From Octopus vulgaris (lineage: Eukaryota), in the NCBI GenBank assembly GCA_951406725.2, contig OX597821.1:61814001-61878000 (forward strand): a stretch of 64,000 nucleotides of DNA, read 5' to 3'. The position numbers and the translations under genes were made by a program. Under the pieces are notes generated by a model, which worked only from the letters and a program-made list of their open reading frames with translations, did no database searches and was not told the origin of the DNA. This document shows, piece by piece, positions 28,586 through 40,658 of the stretch; the stretch's first letter is position 1, and each line of letters begins with the position of its first letter.

Positions 28586-29833
28586 AAGAAGAAACAAACT
28601 ATAAAGTGGAAATTTAACTTACGACTCGAAAAAGTGTTGACCAACAAACAAGAGAAATGTTTAGAAAAGAAAATATTGCATCAGAATTCAGAAATATGAT
28701 AAAGAAAAAAAATTAAGAGCAATTCCATTTCATTGCCAATACTGGAGAAGTCTAGACAGAGAGGAGGTTATTCAGTGTGAAATGTAACAACGATATCAAA
28801 GCTATCGACTAATAACATAAACAGAAGGTTTAGACTTAGCTGCATATTACCATATTGCCTCAAAGCAATCACGAAATTAATATAATTAAACTAGTCGGTA
28901 ACATCTATTTACAAATCTGCAATCGGTACAATGATACAACTGCTTATATCATTGCAAGACAGTAGATCGTTCCCTGTCAGGTAAGATACAAGACTGGACT
29001 GAGTAGGTAGTTATACTTACTGGGCAACATAGTAATATTACTACATGACTGATAACATTATGTAACAAGTATATTGCACATAATCATCTTAAATCTCACT
29101 GACCAAACACAAATTCTTTCAAGACAAATTCTCAAGATAAGTTTATTAAGGAGGAATTACGATATATACCAGTTTATATAATCTGTTCCTACGTACTTTT
29201 CACCTGTGCGATTGCATAGAACTTTTCATTGAATACTCCAAGGTTTTTTGAAGCAGACTGGGTGGTGTAAGCTATGGGAAGCTCCAAACGTGTCAGTTAA
29301 GTTGCATATCTATTTGTGTACACAAGATGTATACCTAAGTCTTAAGCAAGGCCTGCAATTTCTCTTTTAGTTCAGGCTCATTGTAAAGTGTTTTATATAA
29401 GAAATGAATAATTTGGAACCTAATGCATTTCTTATAATATTCTAGAATGTTCTAGAATTTTCATATCATATATTCTCCAAATATTTCCTTGTGGTAGCTC
29501 ATTGACGTTATTTAAACTGTATGGTCAACAACATGCAATCCGTAGTTACATGTCAGTTTCCATTCCGAGATTGTGTAAGTCGATTCGCTCCACAAGAGCT
29601 AAAATATCTGCCACACCATAGCTGCAGATGAAGAAGGTCAAGAAAGGTATAACCTCGTTTCATTTAGTAGCATCAGCCATGCAATTGAACAGATTTTTTT
29701 AATATTCTATAATATCCATTTCTAACGGAGGTCATATATTTTCACAGTATTTAATGATTATCAGCGGACACAATTTCGACATGGATGTGTACAAATCGTA
29801 AGTATGTGTGTATATATGTATATATATATATAT

Positions 29834-29942
29834 ATCACGTGACCGACCAGTCCATCAGATGTTGTTACACATCGCTGGTCACAATGCGTTCGCATTGTTT
29901 TAGCCTCCGAATGACGCCACCCCGCTGGCTAAGCGAGCAGGC

Positions 29943-29947
<5 letters not shown>
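29834..29947. repeat. Short GC-richer insertion within (TA)n, probable retroelement end
   Basis: Block of about 113 bp with sharp (TA)n boundaries on both sides. Family not assignable. Confidence 0.45.
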
Positions 29948-29980
<33 letters not shown>

Positions 29981-29981
29981 T

Positions 29982-30376
29982 AGGCGAAAGAGTGGTTGTG
30001 TGGTCAGTAGTTTGGTTACGAACCACATTGTTCTGAGTTCAGTCCAACTGTGTGGCACCTTGGGCAAATGTCTTCTACTATAGCCACGGACCAAGCAAAG
30101 CCTTGTGAGTGGATTTGGTCGACGGAAACTGAAAGAAGCTCGTCGTTTATGCATATATATATATGTATATGTGTCTGTGTTTTTCCCCCCAACATCGCTT
30201 GACAACCGATTCTGGTGTGTTTACGTCCGCATCACTTAGAGGTTCGGCATAAAAAACGGAGAAAATAAGTACTAGGCTTACAAAGAATTAGTCCTGGGGT
30301 CGATTTGCTCGACTAAAGGTGGCGGTACAGCATGGCAGCAGTCAAATGAATGAAACAAGTAAAAGAATAAAAGAAT
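29982..30376 (+). mobile_element. SINE family B
   Basis: Head, ggcaccttgggcaa, ctggggtcgatttgctcgactaaagg, tail. Confidence 0.9.
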
Positions 30377-30488
30377 ATATATATGTTTATTACGTGTGCG
30401 CGTGGGGATGCCTGTGTGTGTTTCTGTGCATATATACAGACAGATAGATAGATAGATAGTTAAATAGATAGATGTTTAGATATATAGG

Positions 30489-30525
<37 letters not shown>

Positions 30526-30715
30526 GCATGCAAGCATGTATGTATGTATGTGTGTGTGTGTGTATGTATGTATGTATATATGTATGTATATATGCATGCA
30601 TGTATGTATGTATGTATGTATGTATGTATGTATGTATGTATGTATGTATGTATGTATGTATGCATGCATGTATGTATGTATGTATGTATGTATGTATGTA
30701 TGTATGTATGTATGT
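30489..30715. repeat. (TATG)n tetranucleotide microsatellite
   Basis: Seen directly in the sequence. Confidence 0.95.
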
Positions 30716-31225
30716 GCGTGTACACATAAAAATGTACTTAAAACAGAAACAGAAAGACAGAGAGAAAGAATGTAATATCATTAGAACTAAATGCAGTTCA
30801 TACCCTTTGTTCCCTACCCACGTTTTGTCATTGTGGATATTTGCGACTTATGCAAAGGAAGCTAATAGCGATCTTGGATGCACAGCTCTATCACATGTTG
30901 CAGAAAATGCAAATTAACACCATACAAACCTTATCTTTATAAGAAATAATTTACACACACGCGCTCGTTTCCATATATATGTATAAAAAGAGAAAGGTGG
31001 AGAGGCAGAATGTGAGAGAAAGAAATGTGGGAACCGATCGAGGTAGGGAAGAAAGAAAAGATATGCATATAATGATTACAAATGCATAATGAAGACAGTC
31101 AAGACATATTTGATAGATTTTAAAACATGCTATAGCAGAAACTATGGAACCTTTTCATATTTCATCATAGAAAGAATTTTCTGTTCCGACGTGGGAAAAA
31201 GAGTGTCACAATTATTGCTAATGCT

Positions 31226-32020
31226 AAGGCGGTGAGCCGGCAGAAACGTTAACACGCCGGGCGAAATACTTAGCGGTGTTTAGTCTGCCGCTACGTTCTG
31301 TGTTCCAATTCCGCCGAGGTAGACTTTGCCTTTCATCCTTTCGGGGTCGATTAAATAAGTACCAGTTATGCACTGGAGTCGATATAATCGACTCAATCCG
31401 TTTGTCCGTCCTTGTTTGTCCCCTCTGCGTTTAGCCTCTTGTGGGTAGTAAAGAAATAGGTATTTCGTCTGAGTTACGTTCTGAGTTCAAATTCCGCCGA
31501 GGTCGACTTTGCCTTTAATCCTTTCGGGGTCGATAAATTAAGTACCAGTTACGTTCTGGGATCGATATAATCGACTTAATTCCTTTGTCTGAACTTGTTT
31601 GTCCCCTCTATGTTTAGCCCCTTGTGGGCGATAATGAAATAGGTATTTCGTCTGTCTTAACGTTCTGAGTTCAAATACCTCTGAGGTCGACTTTGCCTTT
31701 CATCCTTTCGGTGTCGATAAATTAAGTATCAGTTGCGTACTGAAGTCTATCTAATTGACTGTCACCCCCTCTCCAAAAGTTTCGGGCCTTGTGTCTAGAA
31801 TAGAAAGAATATTTCAGGCGGTTAAAGCGGTGAGCTGGCAGAAACGTTAGCACGTCTGTCTTTATGTTCTGAGTTCAAATTCCACCGAGGTCGAATTTGA
31901 CTTTCATCCTTTCGAGGTCGATAAATCAAATACCAGTTACGTACTGGATTCGATCTAATCCACTGTACCCGTCCTCCCACAAAATTTCGTGCCTTGTACT
32001 TAGAGTAGAAAAGAATATTT
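31226..32020 (+). mobile_element. SINE family A, tandem tetramer
   Basis: Four gttctgagttcaaattccgccgaggtcgactttgcctttcatcctttcggggtcgat-type units (about 31295, 31477, 31662, 31866). A-box heads only at 31226 and 31826. Confidence 0.92.
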
Positions 32021-32564
32021 CAGGAGATTGTTTCTGTTGGCAAAATTTCTGCTGAACCGAAGTACCTTTTTATTTATTTATTCATTTTTTGATCTAAATG
32101 TTTCTGTATTGCTTGGACACTTGGTTTGCATTCATTGGCTACGCTGGCATTTTTTTCCTTCTATGTTGTGTTAGATCCTCCTGAATAATAACTCATATAC
32201 ATCTGTTCTCATGTACAATCCGTTCGCTAATGTGTTGTTTTGTATATGTTATTGCTATAGCTGTTCATTTTGTTAAATGTTTCCATGGAGACACCTCTAT
32301 GTTTTTTTGTGTTTTTCATGATTTAAGACTTCGATACATTCTGTGTTTTCGACGTATTATCATGTTTTTCTTATTTCTTTCTTGATGGATGATATTTTAT
32401 TTTCACTGTGTTCTCTTTTCCTCTATGACGCTTTGTATTTTGTATGTGGTCGATATCTGTTACGATACGTTCGCGTTTGGTGGGAATTTTTGTTTCTTTA
32501 CACTGTGCATTTTCTATATGTGATGTTTTTCAACGTCCAAAATCAAGTCATTCCTTGTTATATA

Positions 32565-32794
32565 TTTCTTTACTGCCCACAAAGGGCTAAACATAGAGGG
32601 GACAAACAAGGACAGACAAAGGGATTAAGTCGATTACATCGACCCCAGTGCGTAACTGGTACTTTATTTATCGACCCCGAAAGGATGAAAGGCAAAGTCG
32701 ACCTCGGCAGAATTTGAACTCAGAACGTAACGGCGGACGAAATACGGCTACGCATTTCGCCCGGCGTGCTAAAGTTTCTGCCAGCTCACCGCCT
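32565..32794 (-). mobile_element. SINE family A, near-consensus
   Basis: Full reverse-complement match to 31226-31459. Confidence 0.92.
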
Positions 32795-32889
32795 ATATTC
32801 CTTGTTATAATTGCCTGAACTACCAATGTCCATTCGCATTTAAATCTTTCTTAAATATTTCATTATATATTTTGCAGAATTTACACATT

Positions 32890-33295
32890 AGGCGTAGGAG
32901 TGGCTGTGTGGTAAGTAGCTTGCTTACCAACCACATGGTTCCGGGTTAATTTCCACTGCGTGGCACCTTGGGCAAGTGTCTTTTACTATAGCCGACCAAA
33001 GCCTTATGAGTAGATTTGGTAGACGGAAACTGAAAGAAGCCTGTCGTATATATGTGTATATATATATGTATGTGTATGTGTATGTTTGCGTGTCTGTGCT
33101 TGTCCCCCCAACATCGCTTGACAACTGATGGTGGTGTGTTTACATCCTCGTTATCTAGTGGTTCGGCAAAATAAACCGATAGAATAAGTACTATGCTTCC
33201 AAAGAATAAGTCATAGGGTCGATTTTCTCGACTAAAGGCGGTGCTCCAGCATGGCCATAGTCAAATGACTGAAACAAGTAAAAGAGTAAAAGAAT
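32890..33295 (+). mobile_element. SINE family B
   Basis: Full-length match to 19121. Confidence 0.9.
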
Positions 33296-34082
33296 ATAAT
33301 GTTATAACGCTCATATGTTTTGGATGCAGTGTTCTCGTGTAATAGTAATGTAGCATTTCAATATGGTTGCCTTTGTTCAAACCGTCTAGTTATATTGTTG
33401 TTGTTAGGAAGTAGCTGTCAGAGACAGGGTTTCTTTCGGAATTTATATTTTCACAGGATATCGATTATATAGTGTTACAGTACTAACACTGTGAAATTCA
33501 TTCTCATCGTGATTGTGCGGGTAATGCTTCGTCAGCTGTTATATGTATCCTCGGCTATAATTCTTCTGCTGTTTTCGTCATCGTTGTTGTTATTTCTTCA
33601 TCTTCTTTTTATCATCATAAGCATTATCATCGTCAGCATCATCATCACCGAGACCTTACTATCACCACGACCATCAACACGAACACGACGACGATCACCA
33701 CTACAACCACCACTATCAACATAATCATCATTATCATCATCACCATCACAGGATAAACCATTTCATTAAAAAAATTCATTGAGGATTTTGTTTCTTTTTA
33801 CAATTATTTACATGTCTGTTGGACCGTTTCACATAACTTTATTCATTAAAACATCAGAATATCTTCCAAATTTGCTCATCGTAAAGCTTGCTTTTGTTGT
33901 TTAATAAGAATTTCTCCTCTTATGCTTTCATTTTGTGATAGATAGCTATCATGCAGAATATACCAGGTATCATGTAGCTATCATGTAGAAAATGTTAGCT
34001 TCCAAATCCTGTTTTATGATTAGGTATACTTGATTAAAATTTAAACCTGAGTAACATATTTCTGCAAGTTTTCTGGAACAAA

Positions 34083-34462
34083 TCTCTCTCTATATAAACG
34101 GCAGTTTGTCTGTGCGTGTTTCTGTGTGTCTGTTTGCTTGTACCCTCACCCTGACCACGGCTTTCAACCGATTCTGATGAAACTTGACACACACATAGCC
34201 CAATGTCATAATTCAAAACTAACGCAGCGAAAATTTTGAAAAGTTCCCCCAGTTCTGAAAAAATCGATAAATTCGACATGGGGTCGAGAATCAAAAACAC
34301 AAACCGCAAACTGTCTAGGGGACGCAACTCCACCTTTTTTAACTAAAAAAAAAATTACCATCATTTTTTCCATTTTTTTGTTATTTTTTGGCTATAACTC
34401 TCTAAAAATGCTTTATAGTTATTTCCCTTACAAACCCGAGCAACACCGGGCGATACTGCTAG
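34083..34462 (+). mobile_element. Non-autonomous Helitron
   Basis: 5' A|TC...tatataaa start, 3' GC hairpin cccgagcaacaccggg, 8 nt, then CTAG|T. No TSD or TIR. Confidence 0.85.
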
Positions 34463-34810
34463 TTTATATATAAAAGTGAAGTTGTGTGTCTGTCTCCTAC
34501 GATTTAGATTCCTAACTACTCCCACATTTTGCGGTGCAGTGTAACCAAAAGCGGGTATCTTATAGTCGTGATTCATATCGAGCCCATCCGGGTATTAGCG
34601 CGCGTCTACGATGAGTCTACGACTTAAAAAAAAATTACCATCATGTTTTTCCATTTTAATGCATTTTTTTCGCTATTATATAAGGGAAGTAACTTTCTAA
34701 AAATGTCTACAATGAGTCAACGATTTAAAAAAAATTTACGATAATTTTCTTTCCAATTTTAATGCATTTTTTTGCAATTTGTTGGCTATAACTCTCTGAA
34801 AATGCTTACA

Positions 34811-35212
34811 TTCTTATTCATTTTGTTTCAGTCATTTGACTGCGGCCATGCTGGAGCACCGCCTTTAGTCGAGCAAATCGACCCCAGGACTTATTCTTTG
34901 TAAGCCCAGTACTTATTCTATCGGTCTCTTTTGCCGAACCGCTAAGTAACGGGGACGTAACCACACCAGCATCGGTTGTCAAGCAATGCTAGGGGGACAA
35001 ACACAGACACACAAACACACACATATACATATATACACATACATATATACGACAGGCTTCTTTCAATTTCCATCTACCAAATCCACTCACAAGTCATTGG
35101 TCGGCCCGGGGCTATAGCAGAAGACACTTGCCCAAGATGTCACGCACTGGGACTGAACCCGGAACAATGTGGTTGGTTAGCAAGCTACTTACCACACAGC
35201 CACTCCTGCGCC
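34811..35212 (-). mobile_element. SINE family B, near-consensus, inside Helitron
   Basis: Full reverse-complement match to family B. Confidence 0.92.
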
Positions 35213-35372
35213 ATTATATATATATATATATATTCTCTCCCAATTTCGCAGTGTGTGTATGTGCATAAATAAATGTATTTACGGTAATGTATCCCATTGC
35301 TTAGGTTCATTAATATATGTTTTGATGAACGTCAGATCTGATAACAAGATTGCTTTACACCATTCAAGGCCT

Positions 35373-38282
35373 CAGAGATCAAAGAGGGTTGCCGACAGAG
35401 ATCAAAGAGGGGTGCCGACAGAGATCAAAGAAGGTGTCGACAGAGATCGACGGGGTGCCGACAGAGATTAAAGAGGGTGCAGACAGAGATCAAAGGGGTG
35501 CCGACAGAGATCAAAGAGGGGTGCCGACAGAGATCAAAGGAGGTCCCGACAGAAATCAAAGAGGGGTGCCGACAGAGATCAAAGGGGGTGCCGACAGAGA
35601 TCAAAGAGGGGTGCTGACAGGTGAAAAAGGGTGCCGACAGGGATCAAAGTGGGTGCCGACAGAGATCAAAGAGGGGTGCTAACAAAGATCAAAGGGGGTG
35701 CCGACAGAGATCAAAGAGGGGTGTCGACAGAGATCAAAGAGGGGTGCCGACAGAGATCAAAGGGGGTGCCGACAGAGATCAAAGAGGGGTGCCGACAGAG
35801 ATCAAAGAGGGGTGCCGACAGGAATCAAAGAGGGTGCCGACAGAGATCAAAGAGGGGTGCCGACAGAGATCAAAGAGGGGTGCCGACAGAGATCAAAGAA
35901 GGTGTCGACAGAGATCGACGGGGTGCCGACAGAGATTAAAGAGGGTGCAGACAGAGATCAAAGGGGTGCCGACAGAGATCAAAGAGGGGTGCCGACAGAG
36001 ATCAAAGGAGGTCCCGACAGAAATCAAAGAGGGGTGCCGACAGAGATCAAAGGGGGTGCCGACAGAGATCAAAGAGGGGTGCTGACAGGTTAAAAAGGGT
36101 GCCGACAGGGATCAAAGTGGGTGCCGACAGAGATCAAAGAGGGGTGCTAACAAAGATCAAAGGGGGTGCCGACAGAGATCAAAGAGGGGTGTGGACAGAG
36201 ATCAAAGAGGGGTGCCGACAGAGATCAAAGGGGGTGCCGACAGAGATCAAAGAGGGGTGCCGACAGCAATCAAAGAGTGTGCCGACAGAGATCAAAGAGG
36301 GGTGCCGACATAGATCAAAGAGGGTGCCGACAGAGATCAAAGAGGGGTGCCGACAGAGATCAAAGAGGGGTGCCGACAGAGATCAAAGAAGGTGTCGACA
36401 GAGATCGACGGGGTGCCGACAGAGATTAAAGAGGGTGCAGACAGAGATCAAAGGGGTGCCGACAGAGATCAAAGAGGGGTGCCGACAGAGATCAAAGGAG
36501 GTCCCGACAGAAATCAAAGAGGGGTGCCGACAGAGATCAAAGGGAGTGCCGACAGAGATCAAAGAGGGGTGCTGACAGGTTAAAAAGGGTGCCGACAGGG
36601 ATCAAAGTGGGTGCCGACAGAGATCAAAGAGGGGTGCTAACAAAGATCAAAGGGGGTGCCGACAGAGATCAAAGAGGGGTGTCGACAGAGATCAAAGAGG
36701 GGTGCCGACAGAGATCAAAGGGGGTGCCGACAGAGATCAAAGAGGGGTGCCGACAGCAATCAAAGAGGGTGCCGACAGAGATCAAAGAGGGGTGCCGACA
36801 TAGATCAAAGAGGGGTGCCGACAGGAATCAAAGAGGGTGCCGACAGAGATCAAAGAGGGGTGCCGACAGAGATCAAAGAGGGGTACCGACAGAGATCAAA
36901 GAGGGGTGCCGACAGAGATCAAAGAGAGGTGCCGACATAGATCAAAGGGGATGCACAGAGATCAAAGGGGTGCTGACAGAGATCAAAGGGGGTGCCGACA
37001 GAGATCAAAGAGGGTGCCGACAGAGATCAAAGGGGGTGCCGACAGAGATCAAAGGGGGTGCCGACAGAGACCAAAGAGGGTGCCGACAGAGATCAAAGGG
37101 GGTGCCGACAGAGATCAAAGAGGTGTGCTGACAGAGGTTAAAAAGGGTGCCGACAGAGATCAAAGAGGGATGCCGACAGAGATCAAAGAGGGGTGTCGAC
37201 AGAGATCAAAGAGGGATGCACAGAGATCAAAGGGGGTGCCGACAGAGATCAAAGGCGGTGCCTACAGAGATCAAAGAGGGGTGGCGAAAGAGATCAAAGA
37301 GGGGTACCGATAGAGATCAAAGAAGGGTGCTGACAAGGATCAAAGAGGGTGCCGACAGAGATCAATGGGGTGCCGACAGAGATCAAAGGGTGGTGCCGAC
37401 AGAGATCAAAGGGTGGTGCCGACAGAGATCAAAGGGGGTTCCGACAGAGATCAAAGAGGGGTGCAGACAGAGATCAAAGAGGTGTGCCGAGAGAGACCAA
37501 AGGGTTGCCGAAAGAGATCAAAGAGGGGTGCCGACAGAGATCAAAGGAGGTACCGACAGAGATCAAAGGGGATGCCGACATAGATCAAAGAGAGGTGCCG
37601 ACTGAGATCAAAGAGGGGTGCCGACAGAGATCAAAGGGGGTGCCGACAGAGATCAAAGACGGGTACCGACAGAGATCAAAGAGGGATGCCGACAGAGATC
37701 AAAGAGGGGTGCCGACAGAGATCAAAGGGGGTGCCGACAGAGATCAAAGACGGGTACCGACAGAGATCAAAGAGGGATGCCGACAGAGATCAAAGAGGGG
37801 TGTCGACAGAGATCAAAGAGGGATGCACAGAGATCAAAGGGTGTGCCGACAGGGATCAAAGGGGGTGCCGACAGAGATCAAAGAGGGGTGCCGAAAGAGA
37901 TCAAAGAGGGGTGCCGATAGAGATCAAAGAAGGGTGCCGACAAGGATCAAAGAGGGTGCTGACAGAGATCAATGGGGTGCCGACAGAGATCAAAGGGGGG
38001 TGCCGACAGAGATCAAAGGGGGGTGCCGACAGAGATCAAAGGGGGTTCAGACAGAGATCAAAGAGGGGTGCAGACAGAGATCAAAGAGGTGTGCCGAGAG
38101 AGACCAAAGGGTTGCCGAAAGAGATCAAAGAGGGGTGCCGACAGAGATCAAAGGAGGTACCGACAGAGATCAAAGGGGATGCCGACATAGATCAAAGAGA
38201 GGTGTCGACAGATATCAAAGGGGGTGTCGACAGAGATCAAAGAGTGTGCCGAAAAAGATCAAAGATGGTGCCGAAAGAGATC
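35373..38282. repeat. 21-22-bp tandem satellite (gccgacagagatcaaagaggggt) with higher-order repeats
   Basis: About 2.9 kb of contiguous monomers. Variant landmarks recur at 35445/35913/36403 (468 and 490 bp) and 37365/37972 (607 bp). Confidence 0.97.
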
Positions 38283-38434
38283 TTCCCTGACAAACCCGAG
38301 CAACGCCGGGCGATACTGCTAGTAAATAACAAAATCGGATTTAATGTGGAAAATTATTTCGATACACAACATTTAAAAATTTAGACGTAATTTCAAAATC
38401 TCGCAATATGTGACTGCAACAGAGAAGACCCTAC

Positions 38435-38538
<104 letters not shown>

Positions 38539-39405
38539 ATAGAACATGACACACACACATATACGAAACACATACACACAAACACTAACACGAATGCATA
38601 TACACACACATATTTTCGAACATGCAAACAGAGGCAATCACGAGTTTAAAAGTGGTGTATAGAAGACATGTATGAATGTATGTATGTATGTATGTATGTA
38701 TGTATGTATGTATGTATGTATGTATGTATGTATGTATGTATGTACGTATGTATGTACTTATGTATATATATGTATATGTGTTTCTGTGTCTGAGTATTTC
38801 TTTGTGATGGACACCAGAGAAAGTCATCTAACCCTCTCTCCTTAAAACTACGTATTCCTCACAGCCAAGTTTCTGTGTGAGTGTGTGCTTGTGTCTGTAT
38901 GTTGTATCTATATATTTACAAAAGTATATATGCAGCGTTCCCTGTATATGATAGCTGTATTAACCTTACATTCCATTACTATTCAACATTTGACGTTTAT
39001 ATAACGCTCTTCTCGTGTTCCGTGCGTTTCTCTCAGACTTATACTTTTTTCACCCTACTCATTTTATCATATAATTCGCCAAACTCCACTCGGTGGAACT
39101 TTATAGACTTTTCTTGAAATCCACTTATCCTATTATTGAACTGGATATTAGTGTAACAGGTACGCAAAGTTTCTTGAATATTGGTTCGCTGATTTAGGCA
39201 CTATGATAGTAACAGACAGACAGAAATTGTCATTTATATATCAGATACGAGTGAAAGTGTGTATTGCGTTCTGTAAAGTGGATAGACTGCAGAAAATCAC
39301 AAAACAGAAATATTCGGCTTGGGAAAGCATCTCCTGTAGTTTTATAGTATTTAAAGGCACAGAAGTGTATCAATATGAGGCGCACGCATCAACGGCTTCG
39401 GAATG

Positions 39406-39446
39406 GCTATATTCAGGTTTCTACGTCTTACCGCATCATCAGTAGC
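39406..39446 (-). ncRNA. Minimal type I hammerhead ribozyme, helix III damaged
   Basis: Reverse complement: gcta CTGATGA tgcg-gtaaga-cgta GAAAC ctga ATA tagc. Intact core, helix I gcta/tagc, 4-bp helix II, C15.2-A16.2 mismatch. Confidence 0.65.
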
Positions 39447-39611
39447 AAGTTTTAATGCGTTGTTAGAAATTACAGAGTAAATTATAGGTTATATGATGTT
39501 TCAAATATGTGGAGGATTGTAATAATTGTATTTAGTTCAGGCAATGACAAGCCAGTCTATTTGAAATAATAATACCTCTGACAATTTGTCACATTTTGGA
39601 GACATGTAATA

Positions 39612-39995
39612 TTTGTTTCAAATTTTGGCACACGCCAGCAAGTTTGGGGGAGGAAAATGAGCGATTACATCGATCCCAGTTCTCAACTAGTATTTATTTT
39701 GTCAACCTCGGAATGATGAATGGCAAAGTCGACCTCGGCAGTATTTCAAATGTGATCGTAGAGTCGGACGAAATGCCTCTAAGTGTTTCCCCCTCTTCTG
39801 CCTGATCCCCGTCTTTGGTGACATTTAATTTTGGTTTCAAATTTATGCTCTAGTCCAGTATGTTCGGGGGCCGGGATATATTTATTATACCGACCACCCT
39901 TGCTCAACTAGTACTTATTTTTAATTGACCTCGACAGAATTTGAACTCAGACCGCATAGATGGACGAAATGCCACTACGCATTTTACACGGTTTT
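39612..39995 (-). mobile_element. Two degenerate SINE family A copies
   Basis: ggcaaagtcgacctcggcag at about 39722 and cagaatttgaactcag at about 39935. Confidence 0.75.
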
Positions 39996-40395
39996 GGCTT
40001 TGGTGACGATCAATATTATAAGCATATTGACATGTTACATAAACCTGACATCCTGTATTGCATATAGACTCAATTCAATGTGCTGTATTTAGTAATTAAT
40101 TGATACAGAACGAAATCAATGAATATATAAAGTAAAATATTTCACACAAAATATTTTCGTTGTACTGTAATATGGTATTTCATAATTTAACAAGTTATAG
40201 GAAAAACATTTAATTTTCCAAACTACAATTTTATTACATTGCATTAGTATATTATAAAAACAATAGAAAACAACATATTAAGTTTCGAAATGATACACCA
40301 TTTGACACAAATGATACACATCTCATACGCTTTATTCTATTCAATTCAAGTTACATCCATACCATTTTATTGTTTTAGTACTATTGACCAATATG

Positions 40396-40658
40396 TGGAG
40401 GCAATTGGCCTAGTGGTTAGAGCAGCGGACTCGCGGGTTCGAATTTCAGACCGGGCGATGTGTGTGTGTGTTTATGAGCGAAACACCTAAGCTCCACACG
40501 GCTCCGACAGAAAGTCGTCACAACTTTCTCTTAATCTTTCCTCCTGCATCTTGCAGCTCACCGGCGTCCCGTCCAGGTGGGGAACCTATACGGCAAGGAA
40601 ACCGGGAAACTGGCCCTTAAGAGCCAGGCGTAGCTCGAGAAGGAACATATAATAATAA
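40396..40658 (+). mobile_element. SINE family C with target-site duplication
   Basis: Homologous to 24958. Flanked by attgaccaatat (40383-40394) and attgtccaatat (40659-40670). Confidence 0.85.

Larger units (their letters stand above)
34463..38322 (+). mobile_element. Second non-autonomous Helitron with about 3.5 kb internal cargo (SINE B, unique DNA, satellite)
   Basis: Starts tttatatataaaag directly after the first CTAG. Shares tggctataactctct.aaaatgctt up to about 34808, then resumes at 38283 with ttccctgacaaacccgagcaacgccgggcgatactgCTAG|T. Confidence 0.78.

Noticed and set aside
34174-34190. Hammerhead core ctgatgaaac (also ctgacgaaac at about 14963 and 20327)
   Set aside because: No helix II between the two core strands and no consistent helix III.
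35373-38282. CRISPR array or repeat-protein gene (ORFs up to 313 aa, PTEIKEG/DRDQRG)
   Set aside because: Monomers are contiguous with no unique spacers and no cas genes. ORFs occur in all three frames and shift frame with 21/22-bp length variation, as expected for a stop-poor satellite.
39146-39245. Small minus-strand Helitron
   Set aside because: The 5' end looks right (tctgatatataaa..tctgtctgtctg) but the 3' hairpin and CTAG are not intact.
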